Source: an uncultured Synergistales bacterium (lineage in GTDB: Bacteria > Synergistota > Synergistia > Synergistales > Aminobacteriaceae). From it: a DNA stretch of 42,338 nt. Within the stretch, counting starts at the first letter, position 1. The number at the start of each line of letters is the position of its first letter. This document shows positions 1-9,522 of the stretch, piece by piece. The stretch spans positions 1 through 42,338 of the forward strand of contig CALCQG010000140.1 in NCBI GenBank assembly GCA_937897575.1, in the 5' to 3' direction. The notes beneath the pieces are model-generated. The model did not search any database, had not been told where the DNA came from, and saw only the letters and a program-made list of their open reading frames with translations. The position numbers and the translations under genes are program-made.

Positions 1-507
1 GGCCGTCTCGTTATCCCGTACGGCGAAGCAGGCGAGCCCCGCCCAGGTTTTTGTGAAGGCCCAGGACAGAAGGATCACGACCGCGAGGAAGAAGAGACAG
101 AGGAAGAAGAAGCCGTTGGTCCGGAGCGCCGTACCGAAAAGGTTTATTCTGGGTATGCCGCCGATCTCAAGGGCGCCCCCGAGGGCCGGGGTGTACTGGA
201 AGACGGCCACGACGATGAAGTTGATGCCGATAGTGGTGATGGCCAGGAAGTCGTGTTTGACCCGAAGGCTGGGCAGGCCGCAGAGGAAGCCGATGCTCCC
301 CACGATGAGCAGGACGACGGGCAGCGCCTGCCAGAAGGTGAGCCCTCCGGCCGTCGTGAGCATGGCGCTCGAGTAGGCTCCGATGCCGAGGAAGGCCGCG
401 TGCCCCAGGGAGATCTGGCCGGCGTAGCCGACGATAATGTTCAGGCCGTAGGCGGCGATGGCCTGGATGACGATCTGGGTGGCGACCCCCATCATGTAGG
501 CGTTCAT
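1..507 (-). CDS. livM: Branched-chain amino acid ABC transporter permease (LivM-type), 3' end runs off the window
   Basis: Not in the ORF track. Manual translation from ATG 507 gives MNAYMMGVATQIVIQAIAAYGLNIIVGYAGQISLGHAAFLGIGAY...LPSLRVKHDFLAITTIG, the LivM signature. It lies directly downstream of livH. Confidence 0.9.
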   Translation of the reverse strand, partial: MNAYMMGVATQIVIQAIAAYGLNIIVGYAGQISLGHAAFLGIGAYSSAMLTTAGGLTFWQALPVVLLIVGSIGFLCGLPSLRVKHDFLAITTIGINFIVVAVFQYTPALGGALEIGGIPRINLFGTALRTNGFFFLCLFFLAVVILLSWAFTKTWAGLACFAVRDNETA

Positions 508-511
508 GGTG

Positions 512-1384
512 TCACTTCCCCCCTCTTTTGCCGAGAAGGCCCGTGGGGCGCCACATGAGGATGATGATCATGGCGATGAAGGCCAGGGCGTCCCGGGGCA
601 GCGGGATGTTCGCGAAGCCTATGAGGAGCGTCTCGGCGATGCCGAGCAGAAGGGAGGCCAGGACGGCCCCCGATGCGGACCCCATCCCCCCGACGACGAT
701 GAGAGCCAGGGTCTTGTAGGCGGGGACGGTCCCCATCATGGGGTAGACCTGGTTGTAGTAGATGCCCGTCAGAATCCCGGCGACGGCTGCGATGGCGGAG
801 CCGATCACGAAGGTGATGGCCACCGTTCGCTGCGTGTTCACGCCCATGGCCGAGGCGATTTCAATGTCCTGGGAGACGGCCCGCATGGCCAGTCCGAGCT
901 CCGTCCTCGTCATGATGAACCAGAGGAGGGCGAGGATGACGACGGTCACGACGAAGGTCATCGTGACGACCGGGGAGACGGTCAACGCCCCGAGGCGGAG
1001 GGTGGGGAAGGGGAGGGCGGCGGGGAAGGATCGGACCTCGGGCCCCGCGACGAGACGGCAGGTCTCCTCCACGCCTATGAGGATGGCGATGCTGCTGATC
1101 AGGGAGACGTAGGCGGGGTATTTGAGCAGGGGGTAGTAGACGAATCGCTCGATGCAGACGCCGAGAGCGGCGCAGAAAACCATGCTGCCGACGAGGGCGA
1201 GAAGGAGGTTCCCCGTCATGGTGTAGAGATAGAGGCCGACATAGGCTCCGACGGTGTAGACCGAGGCGTGGGCGACGTGGAGAATCTTCATGACGCCGTA
1301 TACGAGAGTGAGTCCCAGGGTGATGAGCGCGTACATGGCCCCGGCGATGAGGCCGTTGAAGAGCTGTTCAATCAGCAATTCCAC
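512..1384 (-). CDS. livH: Branched-chain amino acid ABC transporter permease (LivH-type)
   Basis: QLFNGLIAGAMYALITLGLTLVYGVMKILHVAH and LGLAMRAVSQD...SAMGVN motifs; AGGAGG RBS upstream of the GTG start. Confidence 0.92.
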   Translation of the reverse strand: MELLIEQLFNGLIAGAMYALITLGLTLVYGVMKILHVAHASVYTVGAYVGLYLYTMTGNLLLALVGSMVFCAALGVCIERFVYYPLLKYPAYVSLISSIAILIGVEETCRLVAGPEVRSFPAALPFPTLRLGALTVSPVVTMTFVVTVVILALLWFIMTRTELGLAMRAVSQDIEIASAMGVNTQRTVAITFVIGSAIAAVAGILTGIYYNQVYPMMGTVPAYKTLALIVVGGMGSASGAVLASLLLGIAETLLIGFANIPLPRDALAFIAMIIILMWRPTGLLGKRGGK

Positions 1385-1646
1385 ACGGCGGTCCTCCTTG
1401 CAGGAAGAGTTTTCGTGAAGAGATCGGGAAGACGGCTTATCTTCTCATGAACAACGGCGCCATTGTACAACATTTTTCCGCAAAAAACACGGGTGGACGA
1501 AAAGGATGCTCCTGATGGCCGACGCTCTCCTCGGGTCTCAGGTGCCTGAGCGGTGGGCTCGCCCCGCCGCGGACGCTCTGGAATATACAATGCAACTGGG
1601 TTACAATTTTCTGGTGTGAAACAGTTTTCACTGAAGGAGACGCTCT

Positions 1647-2381
1647 ATGCCCACGATCAATATTGTCATTGCCGAGTCCGACGCGATGTTGACCTCTCTG
1701 TACAGAAAGATGATCGAGGCCGTCACCGGATATACGGTGACGGGAACGGCCGCTGACGAAGCCGGGCTTCTGTCCGTGCTGCGGCGCATGGATGAGGACG
1801 AAACCAACCTGGTGTTGCTCGACATCGCGATCCTCGGCGATGAGGGAGCGGACGCCTTTCTTGCGATACGGAGCGAGTTCCCGAGGACGGACTTCATCGT
1901 CCTCTCGTCGGAGAAGTCCCCTATGGCCGTCCGAAAGGCTATCTGCTCCGGGGCCTTCGACTACCTCATCAAACCCTTTGAATGGAGGCGTCTCGCGAAG
2001 GCGATCGAGGCCTACGGGGAGTACTGCGCGAGGCTCGTGAACCGGTCCGGTCCCTGGCGCCAGGAGGATCTGGACAGGCTCCTCGGTTTTCGCATGCGGA
2101 TCGGGGCCGGGAAGGGGGTTGCTCCGAAGGGGTACCAGGAGGGGATCCTCGCACGCCTTGTCACGCTGCTCCGGCGGTCGGCCCGCCCCATCTCCGCCGC
2201 CGAGGCGGGAAAGATGCTCGGAATATCGCGGACGAGCGCGAGACGCTACCTCGAACTGCTGGCCGATCAGGGCGAGGTGAAGAGCGAACTCAAACTCTCC
2301 GCAGTGGGTCGGCCCGCGAAGCTCTACTCTCTCGAGGAAGCCCGTTGCCAAAAGGAAACACAATCGACCGATAGAGACTAA
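1647..2381 (+). CDS. Response regulator, CitB/DcuR/MalR-like (receiver domain + C-terminal HTH)
   Basis: Receiver motifs LVLLDI and GAFDYLIKPF; HTH SAAEAGKMLGISRTSARRYLELL...VGRP; AAGGAG RBS. Confidence 0.88.
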   Translation: MPTINIVIAESDAMLTSLYRKMIEAVTGYTVTGTAADEAGLLSVLRRMDEDETNLVLLDIAILGDEGADAFLAIRSEFPRTDFIVLSSEKSPMAVRKAICSGAFDYLIKPFEWRRLAKAIEAYGEYCARLVNRSGPWRQEDLDRLLGFRMRIGAGKGVAPKGYQEGILARLVTLLRRSARPISAAEAGKMLGISRTSARRYLELLADQGEVKSELKLSAVGRPAKLYSLEEARCQKETQSTDRD

Positions 2382-2474
2382 TTCTTGTCCCGCTCCTCCC
2401 CCCTTCCTATAATCGGGATGCCGGTAGAGAAGTCTTGAGCGCCGGCGCTTCGAGAGAGAAGGAGGAGAGGGCTC

Positions 2475-4106
2475 ATGAGGACCATGCGTTTTTCGTACCC
2501 CGAACCGAAGAACGAACCGGTGCTGGAGTACCGGCCGGGCTCCGGGGAGCGGCGGTTGCTGAAGGTGGCGCTGGACGAGGTATCGTCCCGGTGCCCCGAT
2601 ATTCCGCTGATCATCGGCGGACGTGAGATCCGAACGGGTGACAGGGGCGATGTGGTCATGCCCCACGACCACGGTCACGTGCTCGCGACCTATCACAAGG
2701 CCGGCCCCGCCGAGGTGGAGCTGGCCATCGAAGCGGCCCTGGCGGCGAAGGAGCGTTGGGCTGCCCTCCCCTGGGAACACCGCGCCGCCGTGATGCTCCG
2801 GGTGGCGGAGCTTGTATCGACGAAGTATCGCTTTGCCCTGTCCGCCGCCACCATGATGGGGCAGAGCAAGAATGTCCACCAGTCGGAGATCGACGCCGTG
2901 GCGGAGACCGCCGATTTTCTGCGCTTCAACGTCTGGTACGCCTCCAGGCTCTACGGCGAGCAGCCGGGGAGCGAGACGTGCTGTCTCAACTCCATGGACT
3001 ACCGCCCGCTCGAGGGCTTCGTCTACGCCGTCACGCCCTTCAACTTCACGGCCATCGCCTCGAACCTCGTCCTTGCTCCCCTCCTCATGGGGAACGTGGT
3101 CCTGTGGAAGCCGTCCACCGCGGCGCTGCTTTCGAACTACCTTCTCATGACGATCTACGAGGAGGCCGGTGTCCCGGCGGGGGTCGTGAACTTCCTCCCC
3201 GGGCCGGGTCGCGTGAGCAGCGCCGTTGCGCTCCGCCATCGGGACTTCGCCGGTCTCCACTTCACCGGGTCCACGGAGGTTTTCAGGGCCATGTGGCGGA
3301 CCGTGGGGGAGAGCATGGACCGCCATCGGTCTTTCCCGCGCATCGTGGGCGAGACGGGCGGGAAGGACTTCGCCGTGGTGCATCCGTCGGCGGATGTCCT
3401 GGCCGTCGCGTCGGCTATCGTGCGGGGGGCCTTCGAGTACCAGGGGCAGAAGTGCTCCGCCCTGTCGCGGTGCTATATCCCGGCAAGCCTTCGGGACGAG
3501 ATCGTCGGTCAAGTCGGGGATATGCTGGGTGCCGTCCGAACGGGGGACCCTCGGGACTTCAGAAACTTCGTCAACGCCGTCATCGACGAGGAGTCCTACG
3601 ACCGCTGCATGAAGGCCATCGCCGAGGCGAAGGCGTCGGCCGAGGCGCGGGTGCTCTTCGGCGGTGAAGGGGACAAGAGCAGGGGATACTTCGTCGAACC
3701 CACGGTCATCGAGACGACAAACCCGCGCGCCCCGACCATGGAGGAGGAGCTCTTCGGTCCGGTGTTGACGCTCTACGTCTACGACGACGAGGATTTCGAC
3801 GGCGTTTTGCGGCTCTGTGACGCCACGTCGCCCTACGCCCTCACCGGGGCGGTGTTCGCCCGGGACCGGCAGGCCATCGTCCATGCCTCCGACGTGCTGC
3901 GCAACGCCGCCGGGAACTTCTACATCAACGACAAACCCACGGGCGCCGTTGTGGGGCGCCAGCCCTTCGGCGGGTCCCGGGCGTCGGGCACGAACGACAA
4001 GGCGGGGAGCATCCTCAACCTCGTCCGGTGGACGAGCCCCCGGGCGATCAAGGAGAACCTGCTCCCGCCCGAGGAGGTCGGCTACCCCTTCATGGCGGAG
4101 GAATGA
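2475..4106 (+). CDS. pruA: L-glutamate gamma-semialdehyde (P5C) dehydrogenase
   Basis: ALDH motifs PFNFTAI, FTGST, GETGGK (catalytic Glu), GQKCSA (catalytic Cys), EELFGP; P5CDH-specific NDKPTGAVVGRQPFGGSRASGTNDKAG. Confidence 0.93.
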   Translation: MRTMRFSYPEPKNEPVLEYRPGSGERRLLKVALDEVSSRCPDIPLIIGGREIRTGDRGDVVMPHDHGHVLATYHKAGPAEVELAIEAALAAKERWAALPWEHRAAVMLRVAELVSTKYRFALSAATMMGQSKNVHQSEIDAVAETADFLRFNVWYASRLYGEQPGSETCCLNSMDYRPLEGFVYAVTPFNFTAIASNLVLAPLLMGNVVLWKPSTAALLSNYLLMTIYEEAGVPAGVVNFLPGPGRVSSAVALRHRDFAGLHFTGSTEVFRAMWRTVGESMDRHRSFPRIVGETGGKDFAVVHPSADVLAVASAIVRGAFEYQGQKCSALSRCYIPASLRDEIVGQVGDMLGAVRTGDPRDFRNFVNAVIDEESYDRCMKAIAEAKASAEARVLFGGEGDKSRGYFVEPTVIETTNPRAPTMEEELFGPVLTLYVYDDEDFDGVLRLCDATSPYALTGAVFARDRQAIVHASDVLRNAAGNFYINDKPTGAVVGRQPFGGSRASGTNDKAGSILNLVRWTSPRAIKENLLPPEEVGYPFMAEE

Positions 4107-4132
4107 CCCTGCCCGCACCCCCCTGAAAAGAG

Positions 4133-4158
4133 ACGAGGGAGCCCTTCGGCTCCCTCGT
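4133..4158. terminator. Hairpin between convergent pruA and aminotransferase genes
   Basis: acgagggagcc-cttc-ggctccctcgt forms a perfect 11-bp stem; T-tracts are weak. Confidence 0.6.
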
Positions 4159-4176
4159 TCGCTCTGTTGACCGCCT

Positions 4177-5010
4177 CTACTCGAGCCACCGGATGATCTC
4201 CTCGAGCAGGGTCCGGTGGAGCATCCTCGTCACGGGGCCCGGGGTCCCCGAGCCGATGACCTGCTGACCGATGCGCACCACGGGGACGATCTCCTTCATG
4301 GAGCCCGTGATGAAGGCTTCCTGGGCCCGGGGCAGCTCCGAGAGCAGCGGTGTCCGCTGCTCCACCTTCATGCCCTTCTCCTCGGCGAGCTGAAGCACGA
4401 TCTCCCGCGTGGTGCCCTTCAGCACCCGGGAGAGGGGGGCCGTCACGAGGGTCCCCTCGATGTAGAGGAAGAAGGTGCTGTGCCCGGCCTCGGTGATCTC
4501 CCCTCCGGGAGCGTAGAGGATCTCGAAGGCCTCCTTGCACTTGGCGTACTCCGTGTAGGAGAGCATGTAGTTCGTGCTCTTCACGTTCGGGTTGTGCCGC
4601 TCCTCGTCCACGGGGAGGAGCATGACGCCCTTGTCGTAGACGTCGGGCGAGGGTTTTTGCACCTTCTCGAAGAGCGTGAAGAACCTGGGGGAAGGGAACT
4701 GCCCGTCCAGGAAGATGTCGCCGCCGGTGATGTAGGGGCGCACGAGACATTCGTCCTGGAGCTTCGCGATCCCCTCGTACACGACGTCCTTCATCGCCGG
4801 CATCGTCAGGGGCACCCGGATGGAGGAGGCCGCCGCCGACCGGATGAGCCGCTCCAGATGGGGGGTCAGCATGAGGGGCCGCCGCCGGAAGGTGCAAATG
4901 GATTCGAAGACGCCCACACCCCGCAGGATGATCGTGTCCGACACGGGGAGGGTCGCCTTTTCGATGGGAAGAAACTGTCCGTCCATGTAACAGAGTGCCA
5001 TCAACATCAC
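4177..5010 (-). CDS. PLP-dependent aminotransferase class IV (IlvE/D-amino acid aminotransferase family)
   Basis: RGVGVFES, HLERLIRSA, PLP Lys in NVKSTNY, VLKGTTR, AFITGSMKEIVPV. The exact start (5010, 5007 or 5001) is uncertain. Confidence 0.88.
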   Translation of the reverse strand: MMLMALCYMDGQFLPIEKATLPVSDTIILRGVGVFESICTFRRRPLMLTPHLERLIRSAAASSIRVPLTMPAMKDVVYEGIAKLQDECLVRPYITGGDIFLDGQFPSPRFFTLFEKVQKPSPDVYDKGVMLLPVDEERHNPNVKSTNYMLSYTEYAKCKEAFEILYAPGGEITEAGHSTFFLYIEGTLVTAPLSRVLKGTTREIVLQLAEEKGMKVEQRTPLLSELPRAQEAFITGSMKEIVPVVRIGQQVIGSGTPGPVTRMLHRTLLEEIIRWLE

Positions 5011-5192
5011 CTCGAAAGAGATCGCATACCTAGGGAAGTATACTGTCTCATGGGGAAATATGCACGGGTTTTTTCACCGAGTCCGCGGAAAATTCCTCGG
5101 CCCCGGGGCGATATTGTATAATGACATGCAGTACATTCCGACGATAGCCTTCGAAACAGAAAAACCGCGGGGAACGTTCCCGAAAGGGGAGA

Positions 5193-6290
5193 GTGGACAT
5201 GGCCTTCGAAGTGCTGGCGATCAACCCCGGCTCCACGAGCACGAAGATAGCGTGGTTCAGGGACGACGAGGAGCTGTGGCGCGAGACGATCCGCCACGAC
5301 CCCAAGGAGCTGGACCCCTATCCATCCATAGCCGATCAGTTCGAGTTTCGATTGCGCACCATCGAAGCGGCCATCGTGGCGCACGGAGCGTCCCTCGACG
5401 CCCTCTCGGCCGTCGTCGGCCGGGGAGGGATCGTGGACCCCATCCCCGGCGGCACCTATGTGGTGGACGAAGCGCTGCTGAAGCGCCTCCGCGTGGGCAA
5501 ACCCTGGGAGCACGCCTCGAACCTCGGCGGCATTCTCGCCGACGCCATCGGTCGCCCGAGGAACGTCCCCGCCTTCATCGTGGACCCCGTGGCCGTGGAC
5601 GAGCTCGACCCCGTGGCGCGGATCACGGGGCTGCCAGAGCTGCCGAAGGTCTCTCTGGGGCACGCCCTGAACGTGAAGGCCACGGTCCGCCGCGCCGCGA
5701 AGGACCTGGGCAAGCCCTGGGACGCCCTGAACTTCATCGTGGTCCACCTCGGTGGAGGGATCACCGTCTGCGCCCACAAGCAGGGGCGCATGGTGGAGAC
5801 GAACAACGGCAACGACTTCCGCCCCTTCTCGCCGGAGCGGGCCGGGGGCGTGCCGTCGGGGGACCTCGTCCGCATGTGCTGCGGCAGCGAACTGACCATG
5901 AACGAGATGCTCCGGAAGATCGTCGGACGCGGCGGGCTCTCGGCCTACACCGGGACGAGCGACGTCCGGGAGGTGAAGACCATGATCGCCGAGGGCGACG
6001 CCCGGGCGAAGGAGGCCTACGAGGCCATGGCCTTCGCCATCGCCAAGGAGATAGGGGCCTGCGCCGCCGTGCTTTCGGGCGAGGTGGACGCCGTCCTCTT
6101 CACCGGCGGGATCGCCTTCGACAGCGACTTCGTGGCCCTCATACAGAAGCGGGTGCAGTGGATCGCCCCGGCCCTGGTCTACCCCGGCGAGGACGAGATG
6201 CCGGCCCTTGTTCAGGGAGCCCTCCGGGTGCTTCGGGGTGAGGAGACGGGTATGATGTACGCCGACTATACGGGGGAGGAGAGGAGATAA
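5193..6290 (+). CDS. buk: Butyrate/branched-chain fatty acid kinase (copy 1)
   Basis: INPGSTSTK, VGRGG, HASNLG, VDPV, HALN, HLGGG, FSPERAG, PGEDE. Confidence 0.92.
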   Translation: MDMAFEVLAINPGSTSTKIAWFRDDEELWRETIRHDPKELDPYPSIADQFEFRLRTIEAAIVAHGASLDALSAVVGRGGIVDPIPGGTYVVDEALLKRLRVGKPWEHASNLGGILADAIGRPRNVPAFIVDPVAVDELDPVARITGLPELPKVSLGHALNVKATVRRAAKDLGKPWDALNFIVVHLGGGITVCAHKQGRMVETNNGNDFRPFSPERAGGVPSGDLVRMCCGSELTMNEMLRKIVGRGGLSAYTGTSDVREVKTMIAEGDARAKEAYEAMAFAIAKEIGACAAVLSGEVDAVLFTGGIAFDSDFVALIQKRVQWIAPALVYPGEDEMPALVQGALRVLRGEETGMMYADYTGEERR

Positions 6291-6292
6291 CC

Positions 6293-7195
6293 GTGGACAA
6301 GCTGGATTTTCTTCTTGAGGAGAGCAAAAAGGGGTCCCCGATGACCCTCGCCCTTGCGTGCCCCTACGGCGACGACGCCCTGGCGGCGGCGGTCCGCGCC
6401 CAGAGGGAGGGCATCGTGCAGATGATCCTCCTGGGGGACGGAGAGAGGATCCGTCGGCTGGCCGAGCAGGACGGCCTCGACCTCGACGGGATATCCGTCG
6501 TGGATGAGAAGGACGACGGGACGGCCGTGGCGCGCTCCGTGAAGATGGTCTCCTCGGGCGAGGCGGACCTGCTCATGAAGGGGCTCGTCAAGACGTCCAC
6601 GCTGCTGCACGCCATCCTCGACAAGGAGTGGGGGCTCAGGACGGGCTCCCTGCTCTCCCACCTCTTCCTGTTCGAGATCCCCACCATGAACGGTCGGGTC
6701 GTCGGCATCACCGACGGAGGGATGAACACCTACCCCGATCTGAACGCCAAGGCGCAGATCCTCGAGAACGCCGTGGCATGCTACCACAAGATCGGCGTCG
6801 CCGAGCCCAAAGTGGCCGCCCTTGCCGCCGTGGAGGTGGTGAACCCGGACATGCGCGCCACGCTCGACGCGGCGGCGCTGGCCAAGATGAACGAACGGGG
6901 GCAGATCTCGGGGTGCATCGTGGACGGCCCCTTCGCGCTGGACAACGCCGTGAGCGAGGAGGCCGCCAAGATTAAGAAGATGACGTCCCCCGTGGCCGGC
7001 CGGGCGGATATACTCCTCGTGCCCGACATCGAGTCGGGGAACTTCATGGGCAAGGTGCTGATCAACCTGTCGGGCGGCCGCGGCGCGGGGGTGGTCCTGG
7101 GCGCCAGGAAGCCCGTCGTCCTGACGAGCCGGTTCGACAGCATGGAGACGAAACTGCTTTCAATCGCTCTCGGCGCAGTGGTGGCCAGGAGCTGA
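6293..7195 (+). CDS. ptb: Phosphate butyryltransferase (copy 1)
   Basis: LMKGLVKT, LRTGSLLSH, KVAALAAVEVVNP, VDGPFALDNAVS, VVLTSR. Confidence 0.9.
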   Translation: MDKLDFLLEESKKGSPMTLALACPYGDDALAAAVRAQREGIVQMILLGDGERIRRLAEQDGLDLDGISVVDEKDDGTAVARSVKMVSSGEADLLMKGLVKTSTLLHAILDKEWGLRTGSLLSHLFLFEIPTMNGRVVGITDGGMNTYPDLNAKAQILENAVACYHKIGVAEPKVAALAAVEVVNPDMRATLDAAALAKMNERGQISGCIVDGPFALDNAVSEEAAKIKKMTSPVAGRADILLVPDIESGNFMGKVLINLSGGRGAGVVLGARKPVVLTSRFDSMETKLLSIALGAVVARS

Positions 7196-7223
7196 CACTA
7201 CACTATCTCAAGGGGGTTTTGGT

Positions 7224-8153
7224 ATGGAACAGATTCGTTCGCTGGCGCAGCTTCTGGACTACGCGAAGAAGATCGGCAAGGAGAAGGGACCAAAGAAGCT
7301 CTCCGTGGCCATGGCCGAGGAGGCCGGGCTGCTCTCCGCCATCGAGGAGGCCCGGAAGGGCGGCTTTGCCGACGCCATCCTCGTCGGTCGGCGGGATAAG
7401 ATGGAGGCCGCGGCCAAGGAGGCCGGCGTGGACCTGGCCAACTACGAGGTCATGGAGGAGCAGAACGAGCCCGACATGGGCATCACGGCCGTGACCCAGG
7501 TATCGTCGAAGAAGGCCGACATCTACATGAAGGGGCAGATCCACACCAACAACTTCCTCCGGGCCATGCTCCACAAGGAAGTGGGGCTCCGCGTGGGCAA
7601 GAACACCATCTCCCACTGCTACTTCCACAGCATCGAGGGCTTCGACCGCATCTTCTTCGTCGCCGACGCGGCCTTCAACATGTACCCCGACCTCGCCGCC
7701 AAGGCGGACATCACCCAGAACACGGTGAACTTCGCCCGGGCCCTCGGCGTGGCCGAGCCCAAGGTGGCCGTGCTTGCCGCCGTGGAGGTGGTGAACCCCG
7801 ATATGCCCGCGACCCTCGAGGCCTCGGCCCTCACCCAGATGAACCGGCGCGGACAGATAAAGAACTGCGTCGTGGACGGCCCCTTCGCGCTGGACAACGC
7901 CGTGAGCGAGGAATCAGCCAGGACCAAGGGCATCGTCTCGCCCGTGGCCGGGAAGGCCGACGTCTTCATCGTGCCGAACATCGAGTCAGGAAACATGCTG
8001 GCCAAGGCCATCGTGTACTTCTCGAAGAACGAGACGGCGGGCCTCATCCTGGGCGCCGCCGCCCCCATCGTGCTCACAAGCCGGGCCGACTCGTCGAGGG
8101 CGAAGTTGCTGTCCATCGCCGCCGCCGTGGCCCTGTCGGACTTCCAGAAGTAG
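7224..8153 (+). CDS. ptb: Phosphate butyryltransferase (copy 2)
   Basis: YMKGQIHT, ADAAFNMYP, KVAVLAAVEVVNP, VDGPFALDNAVS, IVLTSRADS. Confidence 0.9.
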   Translation: MEQIRSLAQLLDYAKKIGKEKGPKKLSVAMAEEAGLLSAIEEARKGGFADAILVGRRDKMEAAAKEAGVDLANYEVMEEQNEPDMGITAVTQVSSKKADIYMKGQIHTNNFLRAMLHKEVGLRVGKNTISHCYFHSIEGFDRIFFVADAAFNMYPDLAAKADITQNTVNFARALGVAEPKVAVLAAVEVVNPDMPATLEASALTQMNRRGQIKNCVVDGPFALDNAVSEESARTKGIVSPVAGKADVFIVPNIESGNMLAKAIVYFSKNETAGLILGAAAPIVLTSRADSSRAKLLSIAAAVALSDFQK

Positions 8154-8167
8154 ACGCCGCGTCTGCG

Positions 8168-9238
8168 ATGACCATGAAAGTCCTAGCGCTCAACCCGGGT
8201 TCCACCAGCACCAAAGTAGCCCTGTTCGAGGACGGCGCCGAGGTCTGGAACGAGACGCAGCGTTATGACGTGGACGTGCTCGGGAAGTACGCCTCCGTCA
8301 TGGAGCAGGAGGACTTTCGGCTGGAGGAGATAACGGCCATGCTCGGGAGGCGGGGCGTCACGCCCGGCGACCTGGACGCCGTCGTGGGGCGGGGAGGGCT
8401 GCTGCACCCCATCGAGAGCGGCACCTACGCGGTCAACGAAAAGATGCTCTCCGAGGTGCGGGAGTGCAAGTGGGGGTGCCACGCCAGCAACCTGGGCGCC
8501 CTGCTGGCCGTCCGCCTCGCCGGGGAGGGCAACGGCCGGGCCTACATCGTGGACCCCGTGGTGGTGGACGAACTCTGCCCCCTGGCGCGGTACACGGGCC
8601 TCGTGGAGATCGGCCGGCGATCCATCTTCCACGCCCTGAACCAGAAGATGACAGCCCGGCGGGCGGCGAGGGAGATCGGCAAACCCTACGAGGAGTGCGA
8701 GCTCATCGTCGCCCACATGGGCGGCGGCATCTCCATAGGCGCCCATCACCAGGGGCGGGTCATCGACGTGAACAACGCCCTGGATGGCGACGGGCCTTTC
8801 TCACCCGAGCGGGCGGGCAGCCTGCCCACAGGGGGGCTTGTGCGCCTGTGCTACTCGAAGAAGTACGAGCCTGCCCAGCTCCTCCGGATGATCACCGGCA
8901 AGGGCGGCCTCATCGCCCACCTCGGGACGAACGACCTCCGGGAGGTGGAGCGGCGCATCGAGGCGGGCGACGAGCACGCCAAACTGATCTACGAGGCCAT
9001 GGCCTACCAGGTCGCCAGGAGCATCGGAGCCGCCGCTGCCGTGCTCGAGGGAACGGTGGACGGGATCGTCCTCACGGGCGGGCTCGCCTACAGCGAACGG
9101 TTCGTGGGGCTCATCGAACCCCGCGTTCGCTTCATCGCCCCCGTCCTGGTCTACCCGGGCGAGGACGAGCTGAAAGCCCTCGCCGACGGAGCCTTCCGGG
9201 TGCTCAAGGGTCAGGAGGAGGCCAAGACCTACGAGTGA
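8168..9238 (+). CDS. buk: Butyrate/branched-chain fatty acid kinase (copy 2)
   Basis: LNPGSTSTK, HASNLG, FHALNQK, HMGGGIS, DVNNALDGDGPFSPERAG, PGEDE. Confidence 0.93.
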   Translation: MTMKVLALNPGSTSTKVALFEDGAEVWNETQRYDVDVLGKYASVMEQEDFRLEEITAMLGRRGVTPGDLDAVVGRGGLLHPIESGTYAVNEKMLSEVRECKWGCHASNLGALLAVRLAGEGNGRAYIVDPVVVDELCPLARYTGLVEIGRRSIFHALNQKMTARRAAREIGKPYEECELIVAHMGGGISIGAHHQGRVIDVNNALDGDGPFSPERAGSLPTGGLVRLCYSKKYEPAQLLRMITGKGGLIAHLGTNDLREVERRIEAGDEHAKLIYEAMAYQVARSIGAAAAVLEGTVDGIVLTGGLAYSERFVGLIEPRVRFIAPVLVYPGEDELKALADGAFRVLKGQEEAKTYE

Positions 9239-9345
9239 GAGGAACTGCCCTCCCCTCTGCCCTCATGGGCTGCGGGGAGGTCCTTGTGCCGAGGCGAACC
9301 GCCGATGCCCCGTTGCAGACGTTGTAAGATGATGGCCGACACTGT

Positions 9346-9382
9346 GCCCCTCCGGGTCCTCTCATGGACAGGAGGGGCTTTT
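9346..9382 (+). terminator. Intrinsic terminator after the buk-ptb operon
   Basis: gcccctcc...ggaggggc stem followed by tttt. Confidence 0.6.
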
Positions 9383-9522
9383 CATCGCTCGGGAGAGGCT
9401 CTTCCGACATTCTCGAGTGCGAAGACGGACACCGCCGAGTGTTGCTCTGGGGTCACGTCGGACGGACTCGGGCGAGGCAGGTCTTCATCGCCTCGCCGCT
9501 CGACATGGGGCAGGCAGGCTTT

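Noticed and set aside
1437..4118. 893-aa minus-strand ORF and the many similar long antisense or alternate-frame ORFs
   Set aside because: They overlap well-supported genes, have Arg/Gly/Pro-rich or antisense-type composition, and are expected from GC3 bias.
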